From positions 1 through 37,977 of IMG/VR virus record IMGVR_UViG_3300037760_000162: 37,977 nucleotides of DNA. One strand, given 5' to 3'. Positions 8,810 through 18,413 of this stretch are shown one piece after another. This stretch comes from a virus. Its lineage: Duplodnaviria > Caudoviricetes. Made by a program: the position numbers and the translations under genes. Position 1 is the stretch's first letter. Every line of letters begins with the position of its first letter. Below the pieces are notes generated by a model. The model did no database searches, was not told the origin of the DNA, and worked only from the letters and a program-made list of their open reading frames with translations.

Positions 8810-11371
8810 CTATGGAATGATTCGTAAAGTCCCTGCCTGGATTGCAACGCTAGTAGGAACTAGTGCCTCATTGGTATATGCCGAATTCCCGAATTCATTA
8901 AATGCGCGAACTCGATACGTGTAAATTTCCCAAATCTCTATATCAATATCCTGATAAGTAATCACATTGCCCGAGACAGACTCTATCACCTGGAAATCAA
9001 ACGGCTCCTCTTTCCTCTCGATCTGAAACCCATCCTCATCATCGCTGTTATCTGTCCAGGTCAATTCCCATCCACCCCCCTGCAACTTCGAAACAGCTAG
9101 ATTAGTTGGGGGATCGGGGGCTGTGTCTCCCGCTGCCGAGACTGTAATGTTGTCCATTTTCGCATTCGCTTCACGTCCGCGCACGTAGAGCGTATGCTCG
9201 CCGGCTGTAAGCGACCATAACATAGGATTAAATTCCGGGTTATCGAATGCGCCGGCCCCTCGCAATGTCACATCCCTGGCCTCAACTCCTGTGGTTATCT
9301 GCTGGATATCCCAAATGTCCGCAGGACTCGTTGGCTCCTCGTCCCACTCAACAAAAAACGAGTCGCTTGCGGTTGCCGCTGCCTCCACATCCATTGTCAC
9401 CTTGTAATCACCAGTGCTTGGAATAGTTACTCTCCACCTCGCCAAGCCTCCACTGGCCGGATTAGTCGTCTGAGTTGTTTGAAAAACCAGTCCGCCCGAG
9501 ACTGTGAAGATTCCCTCGATAAGTCCAGATTCGGCCTCGAATGGACCAAGATCCGCCATCAGGGGAATCGGGTTGCCTCCATCGTCGTCCTCGATTGTGA
9601 CTGCGGCAGTCGTAATCCCCCCGAGAGCCGCCCCGCCAGTCGGGCTACTTATGCTCACGAAAAAAGTCTCGTTGCCCTCTTCGTCCCCGTCGCTCGTGAT
9701 CGTGACATTGAATGTCTTGCCTCCGCCCTCCGCGTCAGCCCAGCTTAGCGTATCGCTCACTGCCGTGTAGTCGCTGCTATCCACCGCCGTATTGTCGGCA
9801 GAAGCATAGCTCACCCCCACCGCGCCAGCAGTCCCCCCAATACGATTAACTGTAATCGTCACCGTCCCATCCGCCTCTCCTACGGAGTAAGCAGAAACCG
9901 CAAATGTTAGAGATCCCGGCGACGGGTCCCCCGCCTCGAATTCATAGGCGCCTATGTCCGGAGGATTGGAGCGGGTAACCCCATTAATGTCCGTGGTGCT
10001 TATGGCAGAAAAGTCCGTTCCTTGGTCAACCAGTGCCGCTATTTCAGACTGCGGCTCATACACATTCCCCTCAGTCATTCCCAGCGCGCTGGATTCAGAA
10101 TTGGTATACACTACGTTATTCTCGTTGGTGTAATCGTCTCCCAGGTCCCCCGCGTCGACGATGTTCAGCCCGTCCGCATCACCGTCCATGATGAAAACAT
10201 TGTTAGAGATGGTTAGCGAGCCGAAATCCGCCCCGGCCTTGGTAGTCCCAACGTTCACAATCTGCCCGGATATATTGTTGAAAAACCGGATCGTGTTGGT
10301 CTCGTCCGAACTGTTCTGCTGGGTAAGGTTGATCTGCGGAACATCAAAAAACACATTGTTATAGATTAGCTGCGTGTTGCTCGATCCACTCCACCCGACA
10401 AGGAAATAACACACGCCTCCCGCGTTCCTGAACACGTTATTTTTGATGGTCGCGGTGTTCTGTGCCCAAATGGTATTCTCATGGGCCGCGCTGTCCGTAT
10501 ATTGACCCATCGTGTGGACAATATTTCCGTCCACGGTGGTGCACGCCCAGATGCCTTGGCCCGTGCGGCTGATGTCGCAACCCTGGACCGTATCAAAGAA
10601 CTGCACTGCATTCCCGTAGTCCCGGCCATTGGAAGCGGAGATGTATTGCGGATCAATGTTTTCCGGCCCTTTAATGCGGGTATTGATCAATTGCGAGTTA
10701 GGCGACGTGCCGGTTCGGATCGCTCCGCCGACATCCCCGCCGTAATCCGTTTCCACTACCCAGTCACTCAAATAGAGTCCCGTCCCAATAAAATCCACCG
10801 CGTTGAAGATACGCAAAGTGTGGTCGTTTCCAGCGTCAGGGGGCGGTGTTCCTCCCGCTAAATTGTCGTTAATGAGAACCCCCTTAATATGGAGCCCCTC
10901 AATCGTGATATAATCGCCATCCACAGCAACAATGTTATTACGAGTGCCGCTGCTACCGCCGCCGAAGTTCCTGGAGTCCACGATGTCCACGCCACCCGCG
11001 TCCAACACTGGGTAATTGAATGACTGGACGGTTTCCCCGTTGCCATTCGTCCAGTCCACAAATTGGTCTCCAGAATGCCAGCTTGTGTCGATACCAACAT
11101 AGATGCGGTTCTCTGCGGTCCCGTTGTCCGAGATGTAGAGCGAGAGGGCCTCATTGGGCCAAGTGACGCCGCCCTTGAAAATGAAGCTATCCCCCGGTTG
11201 CGCGGTGAACGCGCCACCCGCCCAACCCTTCATGTCGGGGTGTCGCTTCCACGGTGTGCCGGTACTGGTTCCGTTGTTTGCGTCGCTGCCCGTGTCCCAG
11301 TCAATGTAGTAGGTAGCGGACCACGCGGGAAGTGCGAACGAGAGAAGGATTAATAGTGCTAGTTTCATCAA
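8810..11371 (-). CDS. Exported multidomain protein: beta-helix (pectate-lyase-like) + Calx-beta + CBM-like + FN3
   Basis: Signal peptide MMKLALLILLSFALPAWSA; 'TYYID...G.D.N.G.S...PWK' beta-helix start; 'PDIGAYEF'; Calx-beta 'YSVGEADGTVTITVNR...EGNETF'; FN3 'LTWTDNSDDEDGFQIER...YRVRAFN..GNSAY'. Confidence 0.85.
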   Translation of the reverse strand: MMKLALLILLSFALPAWSATYYIDWDTGSDANNGTSTGTPWKRHPDMKGWAGGAFTAQPGDSFIFKGGVTWPNEALSLYISDNGTAENRIYVGIDTSWHSGDQFVDWTNGNGETVQSFNYPVLDAGGVDIVDSRNFGGGSSGTRNNIVAVDGDYITIEGLHIKGVLINDNLAGGTPPPDAGNDHTLRIFNAVDFIGTGLYLSDWVVETDYGGDVGGAIRTGTSPNSQLINTRIKGPENIDPQYISASNGRDYGNAVQFFDTVQGCDISRTGQGIWACTTVDGNIVHTMGQYTDSAAHENTIWAQNTATIKNNVFRNAGGVCYFLVGWSGSSNTQLIYNNVFFDVPQINLTQQNSSDETNTIRFFNNISGQIVNVGTTKAGADFGSLTISNNVFIMDGDADGLNIVDAGDLGDDYTNENNVVYTNSESSALGMTEGNVYEPQSEIAALVDQGTDFSAISTTDINGVTRSNPPDIGAYEFEAGDPSPGSLTFAVSAYSVGEADGTVTITVNRIGGTAGAVGVSYASADNTAVDSSDYTAVSDTLSWADAEGGGKTFNVTITSDGDEEGNETFFVSISSPTGGAALGGITTAAVTIEDDDGGNPIPLMADLGPFEAESGLIEGIFTVSGGLVFQTTQTTNPASGGLARWRVTIPSTGDYKVTMDVEAAATASDSFFVEWDEEPTSPADIWDIQQITTGVEARDVTLRGAGAFDNPEFNPMLWSLTAGEHTLYVRGREANAKMDNITVSAAGDTAPDPPTNLAVSKLQGGGWELTWTDNSDDEDGFQIERKEEPFDFQVIESVSGNVITYQDIDIEIWEIYTYRVRAFNEFGNSAYTNEALVPTSVAIQAGTLRIIP

Positions 11372-12156
11372 AAAGATCCGTAAGCGAGACCACTCCCGCT
11401 GTTATAGAGCTGTGTAATTTCGGATGATGTAAGCACCCTGCTCCAGATTCCAAATTCGTCCATAATTCCGTCCGCTTTGTTTGCAGCGGTCCGGTGGCCA
11501 ACATCGAACTCTGCTGTAGCCGTGTGTAACCCGGCAGAATGGGCTATTGTTGCTGGAGTGCCATCGTCCACGATGACAAACAGCTCATCATTAACTCCGT
11601 CGTGCCCCGCAACAATGTGATACCAAGTGTTGGTCGTAACAACCGCTCCCGCGACCGTTACCTCCGTGGCACCTGTTCCAGTCGACGAGACTTGCAAACC
11701 AATCGTATCGTCAGTGTTAAAAAACATCAGCCGATATTGACGGTTGTTGCCGGTGGTGGCAAACACACAAACTAAAGCCTGATCTGCCGCGACGGACTCA
11801 GGTCGCCACCACAGTGATACGGTAAAATCAGCATTTCCAGGGAAATAGAAATCATGAGGATCGGCAATGATAAAGTATCGGGACTGTGAATTCTCGAAAT
11901 CACACCCGTTGCCAATAATTCCCGTCCCGCTAGCTACAAATAACGGATCAGAAAGATCGTTGTCGCTATGGCTGTCAGCCCGGACCACCTCTGCCGTCCC
12001 TCCGCTGGCCTCATCGAATGACCAATAGGAAATTAGATCGGTCGTCAAAGTCCCACCAGCTACTCCTCCAAGATTGACCACCCGATTAGCCAATAGGGTC
12101 CAAGAAAGGATCGCGATCCCGATGAGAACAAATCCACTTAACTGCAATTTAGTCAT
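11368..12156 (-). CDS. LamG/concanavalin A-like lectin-domain protein with hydrophobic N-terminus
   Basis: 'LISYWSFDE...FTVSLW...TWYHIV...GIMDEFGIWSRVLTSSEITQLYNSG' LamG motifs; the N-terminal 23 aa are hydrophobic. Confidence 0.88.
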   Translation of the reverse strand: MTKLQLSGFVLIGIAILSWTLLANRVVNLGGVAGGTLTTDLISYWSFDEASGGTAEVVRADSHSDNDLSDPLFVASGTGIIGNGCDFENSQSRYFIIADPHDFYFPGNADFTVSLWWRPESVAADQALVCVFATTGNNRQYRLMFFNTDDTIGLQVSSTGTGATEVTVAGAVVTTNTWYHIVAGHDGVNDELFVIVDDGTPATIAHSAGLHTATAEFDVGHRTAANKADGIMDEFGIWSRVLTSSEITQLYNSGSGLAYGSF

Positions 12157-15055
12157 AAGTCCCCCTGACTACGATTTCAAGGTTATCGGTTGTGCCGCTG
12201 ATCGAAGATGTCTCCACCCATATCCAGCTATTGGCTGGAACCGTGGCATCCTCGAAGCCAGTCGTGAAGCTGTCCCCGGTCGTGCTGCTTGTGATTGTCA
12301 TGGCAGTGGTCTCTACCTGATTACCTGCGGCGCTTCGGTCCGTGGAGTGCCTGATGTCGATGTCTATGTCAGGGGTGGCCAGGGTGCCGACGTGAACGGC
12401 CCGAATCTCAGAGATCGTAACCGCGTCCGCGGTAAACCATGTGCCATAGTCCATGCCGTCCGCAATCGAATCAATGGTAAGAAAGAACGTCACTTTCTGT
12501 GCCGGAATAGTTGGTATATCTGCTATCGTCGCAATCTGAAACTCAGTGCTTGCATCATCTTTAAACCAAGGCGTATTTGGTACATCATCTTTGACCCAAA
12601 ACGCACCCTCGCCAGCCGCTACAGTAGGGCCTGCGGCGGACTCATTGATTACCAGAGACGTAATCTCGAGATCCACAGCGGGGCCGCCCTCGTAAGCCAC
12701 ATCTGCCATCGGGATGGTCGAGTCCTGTATGAGCTTGCCGGTCGGTCCGTCAAAGGCTGCTAGAGTCGCGTCCGTTGAGCTTGCCGGGCCGACAACATCG
12801 CCGCTTCCCCCACCGCCTCCCCCTAACTGAGTATCGGTTCCGGCGTCATCGGTAAACCAAATGGTGTTGGGCGTATCGTTTTTTACCCAAATCTCTCCGA
12901 GTCCTGCAACTGCTGCCAGTGCCGCTGCCTTTTCTTGTAGCCTTAACCCTCCATTCGGACGAATCTCCGGCGTGAATTCAACCCGGCTATTTGTCCCCGC
13001 TCCCGCCCACGTGGCAGTGCCGGTTGAGCCGACCGTGAGGCCCAGGTAGTTGCTAGAATCGTAGCCGGCCCGGAATTGTGTAGTAGTAGCAACCGTATGC
13101 AGACGAGCCGCTGCGGTACCTATCCCGACCGATACATCATTCGCTGAAACGCTAAGCTTTTGACTAACAAGAATGTCATCACCGCGAAATACCAACCGAT
13201 CAGCCAAAACGCCGCTTATCGTCGTTCGAATGGCCAATGATTGTTGCGTCCCTGAAACATCTCGCCCCCCGGTAATTTCCCCCCGGCCAGTCGTGTTTAG
13301 CTCAATTCCGCGACCACCGAAGAGTGTACCATCTTTGCGAACCCTAAATTGATCGGTTCCGCCAACCCGAAGCCGTATTAGGTTGGAAAGCGCATTGCTC
13401 GCCGTGTCCGTGACATCCCAATTGACAATATTGAATGTGGTCCCGGCGTCATTCATCACTCGGCTCCCCGAGAAATCCCCCAGCATCGTAAAGTTTCCAA
13501 CCTCATTACCTACGGCGCCCAAGGCAAATCCTGCCGTGTTTGGCCTAAGCGTTGTTCCTGTCTCTCCCCAATTTGTAAGGCCGCTTCCGCCGGCAGCATC
13601 GACGTACGCCTTAATCGATTCACTAGAAGATCCGGTGGTCGCACTCGCTGTGGCGAAAGTGTCGTCGTCGATCATTGGCAGGCGAGCAAACTCAATGGTT
13701 CCCGCCCCGAAAAAGGCCGTGGCGCTGTCCCCGGCATTGGCCGTTGTCGCCGTAGTGGCGAGTGTGGCGGTATCTGCGTTTCCGGTCGTGCTTTGGTTGA
13801 GCGTTGGGAAAGACGTTAGGTTCGCCGCGCTACCATTTGTGGTGAGAAACTGTCCGGTGCCGTCCTCGTCACTGAGAACACCTCGCAGTTGTGCCGAGGT
13901 CGTAGCCGCAAACTGTGAAAGAGGATTGGTTGTAAGGGCATCGCCACCACCAGGCAATGTCTGAAATGTCGGCGCAGCCCCCGCCCCATTAGAGAGAAGC
14001 GCCTGGCCCGTGGTTCCGGTGGCAACGGCGACAGGATTTCCGGAAACATCGTAGGTAATGAGGTTACCTGCTGTTCCTGCGGCCATCTCAGCCAAGCCAA
14101 CCGCATCGTCCGCCATTTTTGCAAGCGTAATGGCGTTGTCCGAGACTGTGCCTGCCGTAAGCCCGGCCGCGGTTCCGGTAATGTTTGTGCCAACTAGTGC
14201 GGATGGCGTCCCAAGGTCTGGAGTTATCAGCGTAGGTGATGTCGCGAACACCAAGGCTCCGCTACCAGTCTCGTTGGACATGACGCCGGCCAACTGAGCG
14301 GACGTCGTGGCCGCAAACTGACTAAGAGGGCTGGTGGTCAAGGCGTCGCCTCCACCGGGGATCAACTGCCAGGAGTTGTCATCGCGAAGGAATTTGGTGC
14401 CGTCTGGTGTGCCAGATGGGAGCGCGAGAAAGTCCGTGCCGGCCTCAAGGTCGAGCAAGCCTCTCATCGCCGCATAGTTCGCTGCGATGATCAAAGACCG
14501 GCCATTGGCAGAGGCGTCGCTCAGCTCTGCTACGGGATGGGTATGGGCGTTCGGATCCCTAGTATCGCTCAGCCGCGCGTCCGCGGTATCGATCAAAGTC
14601 GCATCGGTCAATATCGCATTCAGCTCCGCCAGTGTGTCCAGGTCCGATTGATTGAGGTCGCCTCCAGCCCCGCCCAAAGCCGCGATGGCCTGCGCGATCC
14701 GTAACGGTGACATCCTACGGATTGCCGCCTCAGTGCCCGCCTCCATCTCGACCTGGCTCGCGGCTGCTACCTGGGCATTGTAAGCGGTCTCAATTTCGGC
14801 GTTGGATTGATCAGCAGTGGCGCCGGCCTCAACCCCGATGAGTGTCAGAATCTCCGCCGGCGTGAAATAGCGCACTACGCCCTCGCTATCCTTCCAGCCG
14901 AAGACCCGGTCCGCGCCAGGGTCCGCCAGGTAGAACTCCCGGAACCCCGTGCCATCAGATTGGACCGCGCGGATCCATACCTCGTTGGGTGGGCCCTGGG
15001 CTACGGCCCATGGAGCGGCCAGAAGAAGTGCAAAGAGAAGGAGAAGCTTTTTCAT
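12149..15055 (-). CDS. Long fibre-like protein with signal-peptide-like N-terminus
   Basis: Start at ATG 15055 (TAATG overlap): MKKLLLLFALLLAAPWAVA-Q. Gly/Ala/Thr-rich with fibre-type repeats ('ETGSGALVFATSPTL.TP.LGTP', 'GDVVGPASSTD', 'WVK.D.PNT.WF.DD' twice). Confidence 0.8.
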   Translation of the reverse strand: MKKLLLLFALLLAAPWAVAQGPPNEVWIRAVQSDGTGFREFYLADPGADRVFGWKDSEGVVRYFTPAEILTLIGVEAGATADQSNAEIETAYNAQVAAASQVEMEAGTEAAIRRMSPLRIAQAIAALGGAGGDLNQSDLDTLAELNAILTDATLIDTADARLSDTRDPNAHTHPVAELSDASANGRSLIIAANYAAMRGLLDLEAGTDFLALPSGTPDGTKFLRDDNSWQLIPGGGDALTTSPLSQFAATTSAQLAGVMSNETGSGALVFATSPTLITPDLGTPSALVGTNITGTAAGLTAGTVSDNAITLAKMADDAVGLAEMAAGTAGNLITYDVSGNPVAVATGTTGQALLSNGAGAAPTFQTLPGGGDALTTNPLSQFAATTSAQLRGVLSDEDGTGQFLTTNGSAANLTSFPTLNQSTTGNADTATLATTATTANAGDSATAFFGAGTIEFARLPMIDDDTFATASATTGSSSESIKAYVDAAGGSGLTNWGETGTTLRPNTAGFALGAVGNEVGNFTMLGDFSGSRVMNDAGTTFNIVNWDVTDTASNALSNLIRLRVGGTDQFRVRKDGTLFGGRGIELNTTGRGEITGGRDVSGTQQSLAIRTTISGVLADRLVFRGDDILVSQKLSVSANDVSVGIGTAAARLHTVATTTQFRAGYDSSNYLGLTVGSTGTATWAGAGTNSRVEFTPEIRPNGGLRLQEKAAALAAVAGLGEIWVKNDTPNTIWFTDDAGTDTQLGGGGGGSGDVVGPASSTDATLAAFDGPTGKLIQDSTIPMADVAYEGGPAVDLEITSLVINESAAGPTVAAGEGAFWVKDDVPNTPWFKDDASTEFQIATIADIPTIPAQKVTFFLTIDSIADGMDYGTWFTADAVTISEIRAVHVGTLATPDIDIDIRHSTDRSAAGNQVETTAMTITSSTTGDSFTTGFEDATVPANSWIWVETSSISGTTDNLEIVVRGTYD

Positions 15056-15381
15056 TATGACCATGTGTCTTCGACGAGAGGTGTGCGGAACCATCGCGCG
15101 GCCGCCGCTGAGTAATCGTAGCGGAAATTTTCGTCCAGCGCGTATTGCCCGGCCGCACCGGCTGCCGCCTCCGTTGCCGGCACTCCGACAATCTTGGTCG
15201 CGCCAGCCTCTGCCTCGTAAGCGGTCTTGATCTCGGCCCCTGTCATATCGGCCGTAGCGGTAGCCTCGATCGCGGTCAGCTTCGCCTTTTCAGCGTCCGT
15301 GAAGGCGTTGGTGTCCGCCGCGGCCTCGTAAGTCGACTTGATCAGCGCGCCTTGATCTGAGAGCTGTACGGGATCGGCCAT
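15055..15381 (-). CDS. Short fibre-like protein
   Basis: 'DTNAFTDAEKAKL..IEA.ATAD.T.AEIK.AYE' fibre repeat, related to a segment of the downstream gene. Confidence 0.7.
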   Translation of the reverse strand: MADPVQLSDQGALIKSTYEAAADTNAFTDAEKAKLTAIEATATADMTGAEIKTAYEAEAGATKIVGVPATEAAAGAAGQYALDENFRYDYSAAAARWFRTPLVEDTWS

Positions 15382-15385
15382 CGAA

Positions 15386-16219
15386 TTATGCGGCTAGGAC
15401 TTGGGCGTCGCCAACGTGCAGCGGCGAATCGCCTACGTAGATCTCGGCAAGTGGCACGGGTTGCGGGTTGCGGCAGTGCAGGATCCATGCCGAGTCAGTT
15501 GGGTCAGGCTCGACGAGAAAGATCTGCCAGATCAGGCCATCATCCACAATCTCGCCCTCTTGCTCGGCTCGCGCGCTCAGGTCGACGCCCTTGACGACAT
15601 AGGCTCGGATGCGCCGCTCAGCCGGGGTGTCCTCCTCAACCTCTGCGTAGCCCACGGCTTCCAGCGTGTCCTCGTGATCCCACGTGGTCGTCATCGTGTC
15701 ACTGGCCACGTCATAGGCGCTTGTTGGCCCCATGCGCACGACCACCGTCCGCTTGACGTCTCCTGCTGCCACGAAAGCCTGGTCAACGGCCGCCCGAACG
15801 ATGGCGGTCAGCGGGAAAAGACCCATCACTTGGGGCAGCGCCACGAAGAGCGGATCAGGCTGAGGATTGCGGCAGTGCAAGATCCAGATCGACTCTGTAG
15901 GGTCAGGCTCGACAAGAAAGATCTGCCACACCAGGCCATCGTCATCCACAATCTCGCCCTCTTGCTCTGCTTCGACGCTCAAGTCGGCGCCCCGCACCGC
16001 GAAGGCCCGGATGCGAAACTCAGCAGGGGTATCTTCCTCGACCTCGTCGTAGCCGATGGCCTGCACGACGTCCTCGTGATCCCACGTGATCACCATCTGG
16101 TCGATGGCCACGTCGTAGGCGCTCGTTGGACCGAGCCTGACCGTGACCGTGCTCTGAGCGTCTCCGGCTGCGGCAAATGCCCGGTCCACGGCAGCACGAA
16201 TGGTGGCGGTTAAGCTCAT
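15386..16219 (-). CDS. Head-closure/neck protein, internally duplicated
   Basis: Follows the head-tail adaptor; consists of two similar ~120-aa halves. Confidence 0.7.
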   Translation of the reverse strand: MSLTATIRAAVDRAFAAAGDAQSTVTVRLGPTSAYDVAIDQMVITWDHEDVVQAIGYDEVEEDTPAEFRIRAFAVRGADLSVEAEQEGEIVDDDGLVWQIFLVEPDPTESIWILHCRNPQPDPLFVALPQVMGLFPLTAIVRAAVDQAFVAAGDVKRTVVVRMGPTSAYDVASDTMTTTWDHEDTLEAVGYAEVEEDTPAERRIRAYVVKGVDLSARAEQEGEIVDDGLIWQIFLVEPDPTDSAWILHCRNPQPVPLAEIYVGDSPLHVGDAQVLAA

Positions 16220-16764
16220 CGTTGGACCGGGATTGATCTAAAGTTGCCCCGCCCGCGTAGGTATCCCAGGCAGCGAACAAGCTCCTCGACGTAAGGCGCG
16301 ACAGCCGAGGCCGCACTGACCTCCGCTTGGTCCTGATACTCCACATCGACCGCTCCTTTGCCCACCCCGATGCTCTTGATCTGATCGGCGCCGCCGGTCG
16401 TCGCTGGCCGGACCTGGAAGGCTCCAAAGGCAATCAGATCTCGCGCCAGCTCGTAGGTAGCCTCCTCGATGATCCGCGGCACGACATCATCATCGATGAG
16501 AACCCCGTCGCAGTAGGCGCCCCTGCGGGGAAATGCGAGCGGTTGCGTCGCAGGCTGCGATCGATATCCTTCCCAGGAAAATTGGTTGGTCAGGATCCGC
16601 GACGCTTGGACAAGTGCCTTGTTCCGGGTCGCCTCATCTGCCGTGTCCCAGGCAGAGGACTCGATGACGCTCTCGTGGTAGGCGATCGCCCCGGCCAAGG
16701 AACCGAAGGTGTTTGCCGTCGGATCCAGGCCGCTTCCGGTCTCCACGATGAGGATCAGCGCCAT
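16216..16764 (-). CDS. Head-tail adaptor (DnaT-like family of phage neck proteins)
   Basis: 'LIVETGSG...AN...A.AYH...W...KALVQASR...WEG....QPLAFPR...A.YELA' motif. Confidence 0.82.
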   Translation of the reverse strand: MALILIVETGSGLDPTANTFGSLAGAIAYHESVIESSAWDTADEATRNKALVQASRILTNQFSWEGYRSQPATQPLAFPRRGAYCDGVLIDDDVVPRIIEEATYELARDLIAFGAFQVRPATTGGADQIKSIGVGKGAVDVEYQDQAEVSAASAVAPYVEELVRCLGYLRGRGNFRSIPVQR

Positions 16765-16767
16765 GTG

Positions 16768-17094
16768 TTACTTTGCGACGCGGAGGTAGGCCTGCCATGG
16801 GTTGTCCCCGGCATCGAAGAGTGCCTGTAAATCGGTTCCCTCCGGGATGGTTTTCTGGTTCATTTGCGCCGTCTTTTCGACGCGGTCGCGCCAGGTGTCG
16901 AATGTCCACTCAGACGGCGCAGGCTCAGAATCGGCCTTTGGCTCAACCGGCGCATCGGCTGAGGCCTCGCCGGCCTCAGGTTCGGCCGGCGGAACTACCT
17001 TGGCCTCTGCCTTGGCTTTGGATGGCATCGGTTCCTTGGGTTCAGTTTTCGGCTGCACATCAGCCGCCTTTAAATCGCGTGGTTTTCGTTTCAT
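16768..17094 (-). CDS. Hypothetical protein (Pro/Ala/Glu-rich)
   Basis: Packed in the operon; ATGA overlap with the upstream ORF. Confidence 0.55.
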   Translation of the reverse strand: MKRKPRDLKAADVQPKTEPKEPMPSKAKAEAKVVPPAEPEAGEASADAPVEPKADSEPAPSEWTFDTWRDRVEKTAQMNQKTIPEGTDLQALFDAGDNPWQAYLRVAK

Positions 17095-17372
17095 GGGTTG
17101 CTTGGCTTGCGCTCGCGCCTCCGCTTAGCGGCTCGCGAGATAGGTTGTTTTTCCGGCTTCGGCAAATCTTGCAAATTTGCAATTTGGGAACTTTGGTTAT
17201 TCTCGTCGCCCTGGTTTTTATTGGATTCGGCCTGCGAATCCTCCGACTTGGCCGACTTGGCCGCCTCCTCATCGATCTTTTTCAGGTCAATGAGAGGGCG
17301 GCGTGGTCTCCGAAATGGCACCCCCAGAATCGGAATCGGCTTAGGCTGCTTGGGATGGTGGTAGAGTGGCAT
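17091..17372 (-). CDS. Hypothetical basic low-complexity protein
   Basis: Fills the gap in the head operon and overlaps the next gene by 4 nt. Confidence 0.45.
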   Translation of the reverse strand: MPLYHHPKQPKPIPILGVPFRRPRRPLIDLKKIDEEAAKSAKSEDSQAESNKNQGDENNQSSQIANLQDLPKPEKQPISRAAKRRRERKPSNP

Positions 17373-17387
17373 GGTCTACAATGCCAC

Positions 17388-18377
17388 TTATCTGGACGGC
17401 AGGTCAAGCGTCGCTTGCACGGTCACGACGTCTCCTGTCGCCAGGTCGGCGGACCCGTCGCTTAGCATCAGGACCGATTGCCCGTCGATCGTCAGCTTAC
17501 CATCCCACGCCTTCGGCTTGCCGTCTGTATCGCGAACCTGCGCCACGGCCGACAGAACCGGTGAACCGAACGCCATAATGAACGCTGTAGACGTAGCCTC
17601 AGCAGCGAGGACTGTCCTGGCTCCCTGGACCGGCACAGCATGATCGCCTTCCGCGCCCCTGCCACCGTAGGTCGCGGCCGCGATCCAGGCGTTATTTGTG
17701 CCGGCCAGTGTCTCCGTGGTGGTCAAAACCTCGCCTGGCGGACCCGTCAGATGGACGACGATATACTCGCCCACCAGGTTATCGGCGAATAAGCCGTTGC
17801 CGTTGAATGCCGTGACAATGGCCGCTCTGATCTCGGCCGCAGACGGATCCGCCCCATTCTCCAAAACCACGGCATCCCAAACCGAGCCGGCCTCGGTGAA
17901 TGTCTCAGTGGTCGCGATCGAGTTACCTGCCACGCCCGGGACCTTGGCTGTCACCGTCATCGTGGCAGCGGTCGCCTTGGCGGCAGTGACGTCGGGATGG
18001 GCATCGGTCCCGAATAGATCGCCGTTGATCGCCTCGACAAGGTTATCGATCGCCTCCTCCGCGTCAGCCCCGAGCGCAAGCTCATAAGATGCCGCAGGCG
18101 CGGTCTTGTACGTGTAAACCGTAGCCCCAATCGTGACCGTGTCGTTATTGGTCGGGATCCCGTCCACCGTGAGCGTGCCCACGCCAGCCGTTGCGTCCCC
18201 GCTGATATCGATTGGCGTCCGACCAGCCGTTACAACCCCGTCAGCGTCGATCTCGAAGACCTGCGTCCCGACGGTGATTGTTTCGGCGTCCACCGCCGTT
18301 GAAGCGATGCGTAGCTGGTTCACGCTCGGACAGCCGGCAGCCTGAAGCAGGTCTCGCATTTGTGAGAGAGTTCTCAT
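17388..18377 (-). CDS. Putative capsid decoration protein
   Basis: Immediately downstream of the major capsid gene; Thr/Ala/Gly-rich beta protein; start reassigned to ATG 18377; shares a domain with the tail tube. Confidence 0.65.
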   Translation of the reverse strand: MRTLSQMRDLLQAAGCPSVNQLRIASTAVDAETITVGTQVFEIDADGVVTAGRTPIDISGDATAGVGTLTVDGIPTNNDTVTIGATVYTYKTAPAASYELALGADAEEAIDNLVEAINGDLFGTDAHPDVTAAKATAATMTVTAKVPGVAGNSIATTETFTEAGSVWDAVVLENGADPSAAEIRAAIVTAFNGNGLFADNLVGEYIVVHLTGPPGEVLTTTETLAGTNNAWIAAATYGGRGAEGDHAVPVQGARTVLAAEATSTAFIMAFGSPVLSAVAQVRDTDGKPKAWDGKLTIDGQSVLMLSDGSADLATGDVVTVQATLDLPSR

Positions 18378-18413
18378 GGTAATGTTTAGGGGCGTCACCG
18401 CCCACTCGCTCCC

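Noticed and set aside
15401-16213. 270-aa plus-strand ORF
   Set aside because: Shadow of the head-closure gene. Unlike 26310-27209, it shows no domain motifs.
6114-18190. Shared tube/decoration segment as a DGR template/variable repeat pair
   Set aside because: Differences are not adenine-specific, both copies are in-frame coding, and no reverse transcriptase is present in the window.
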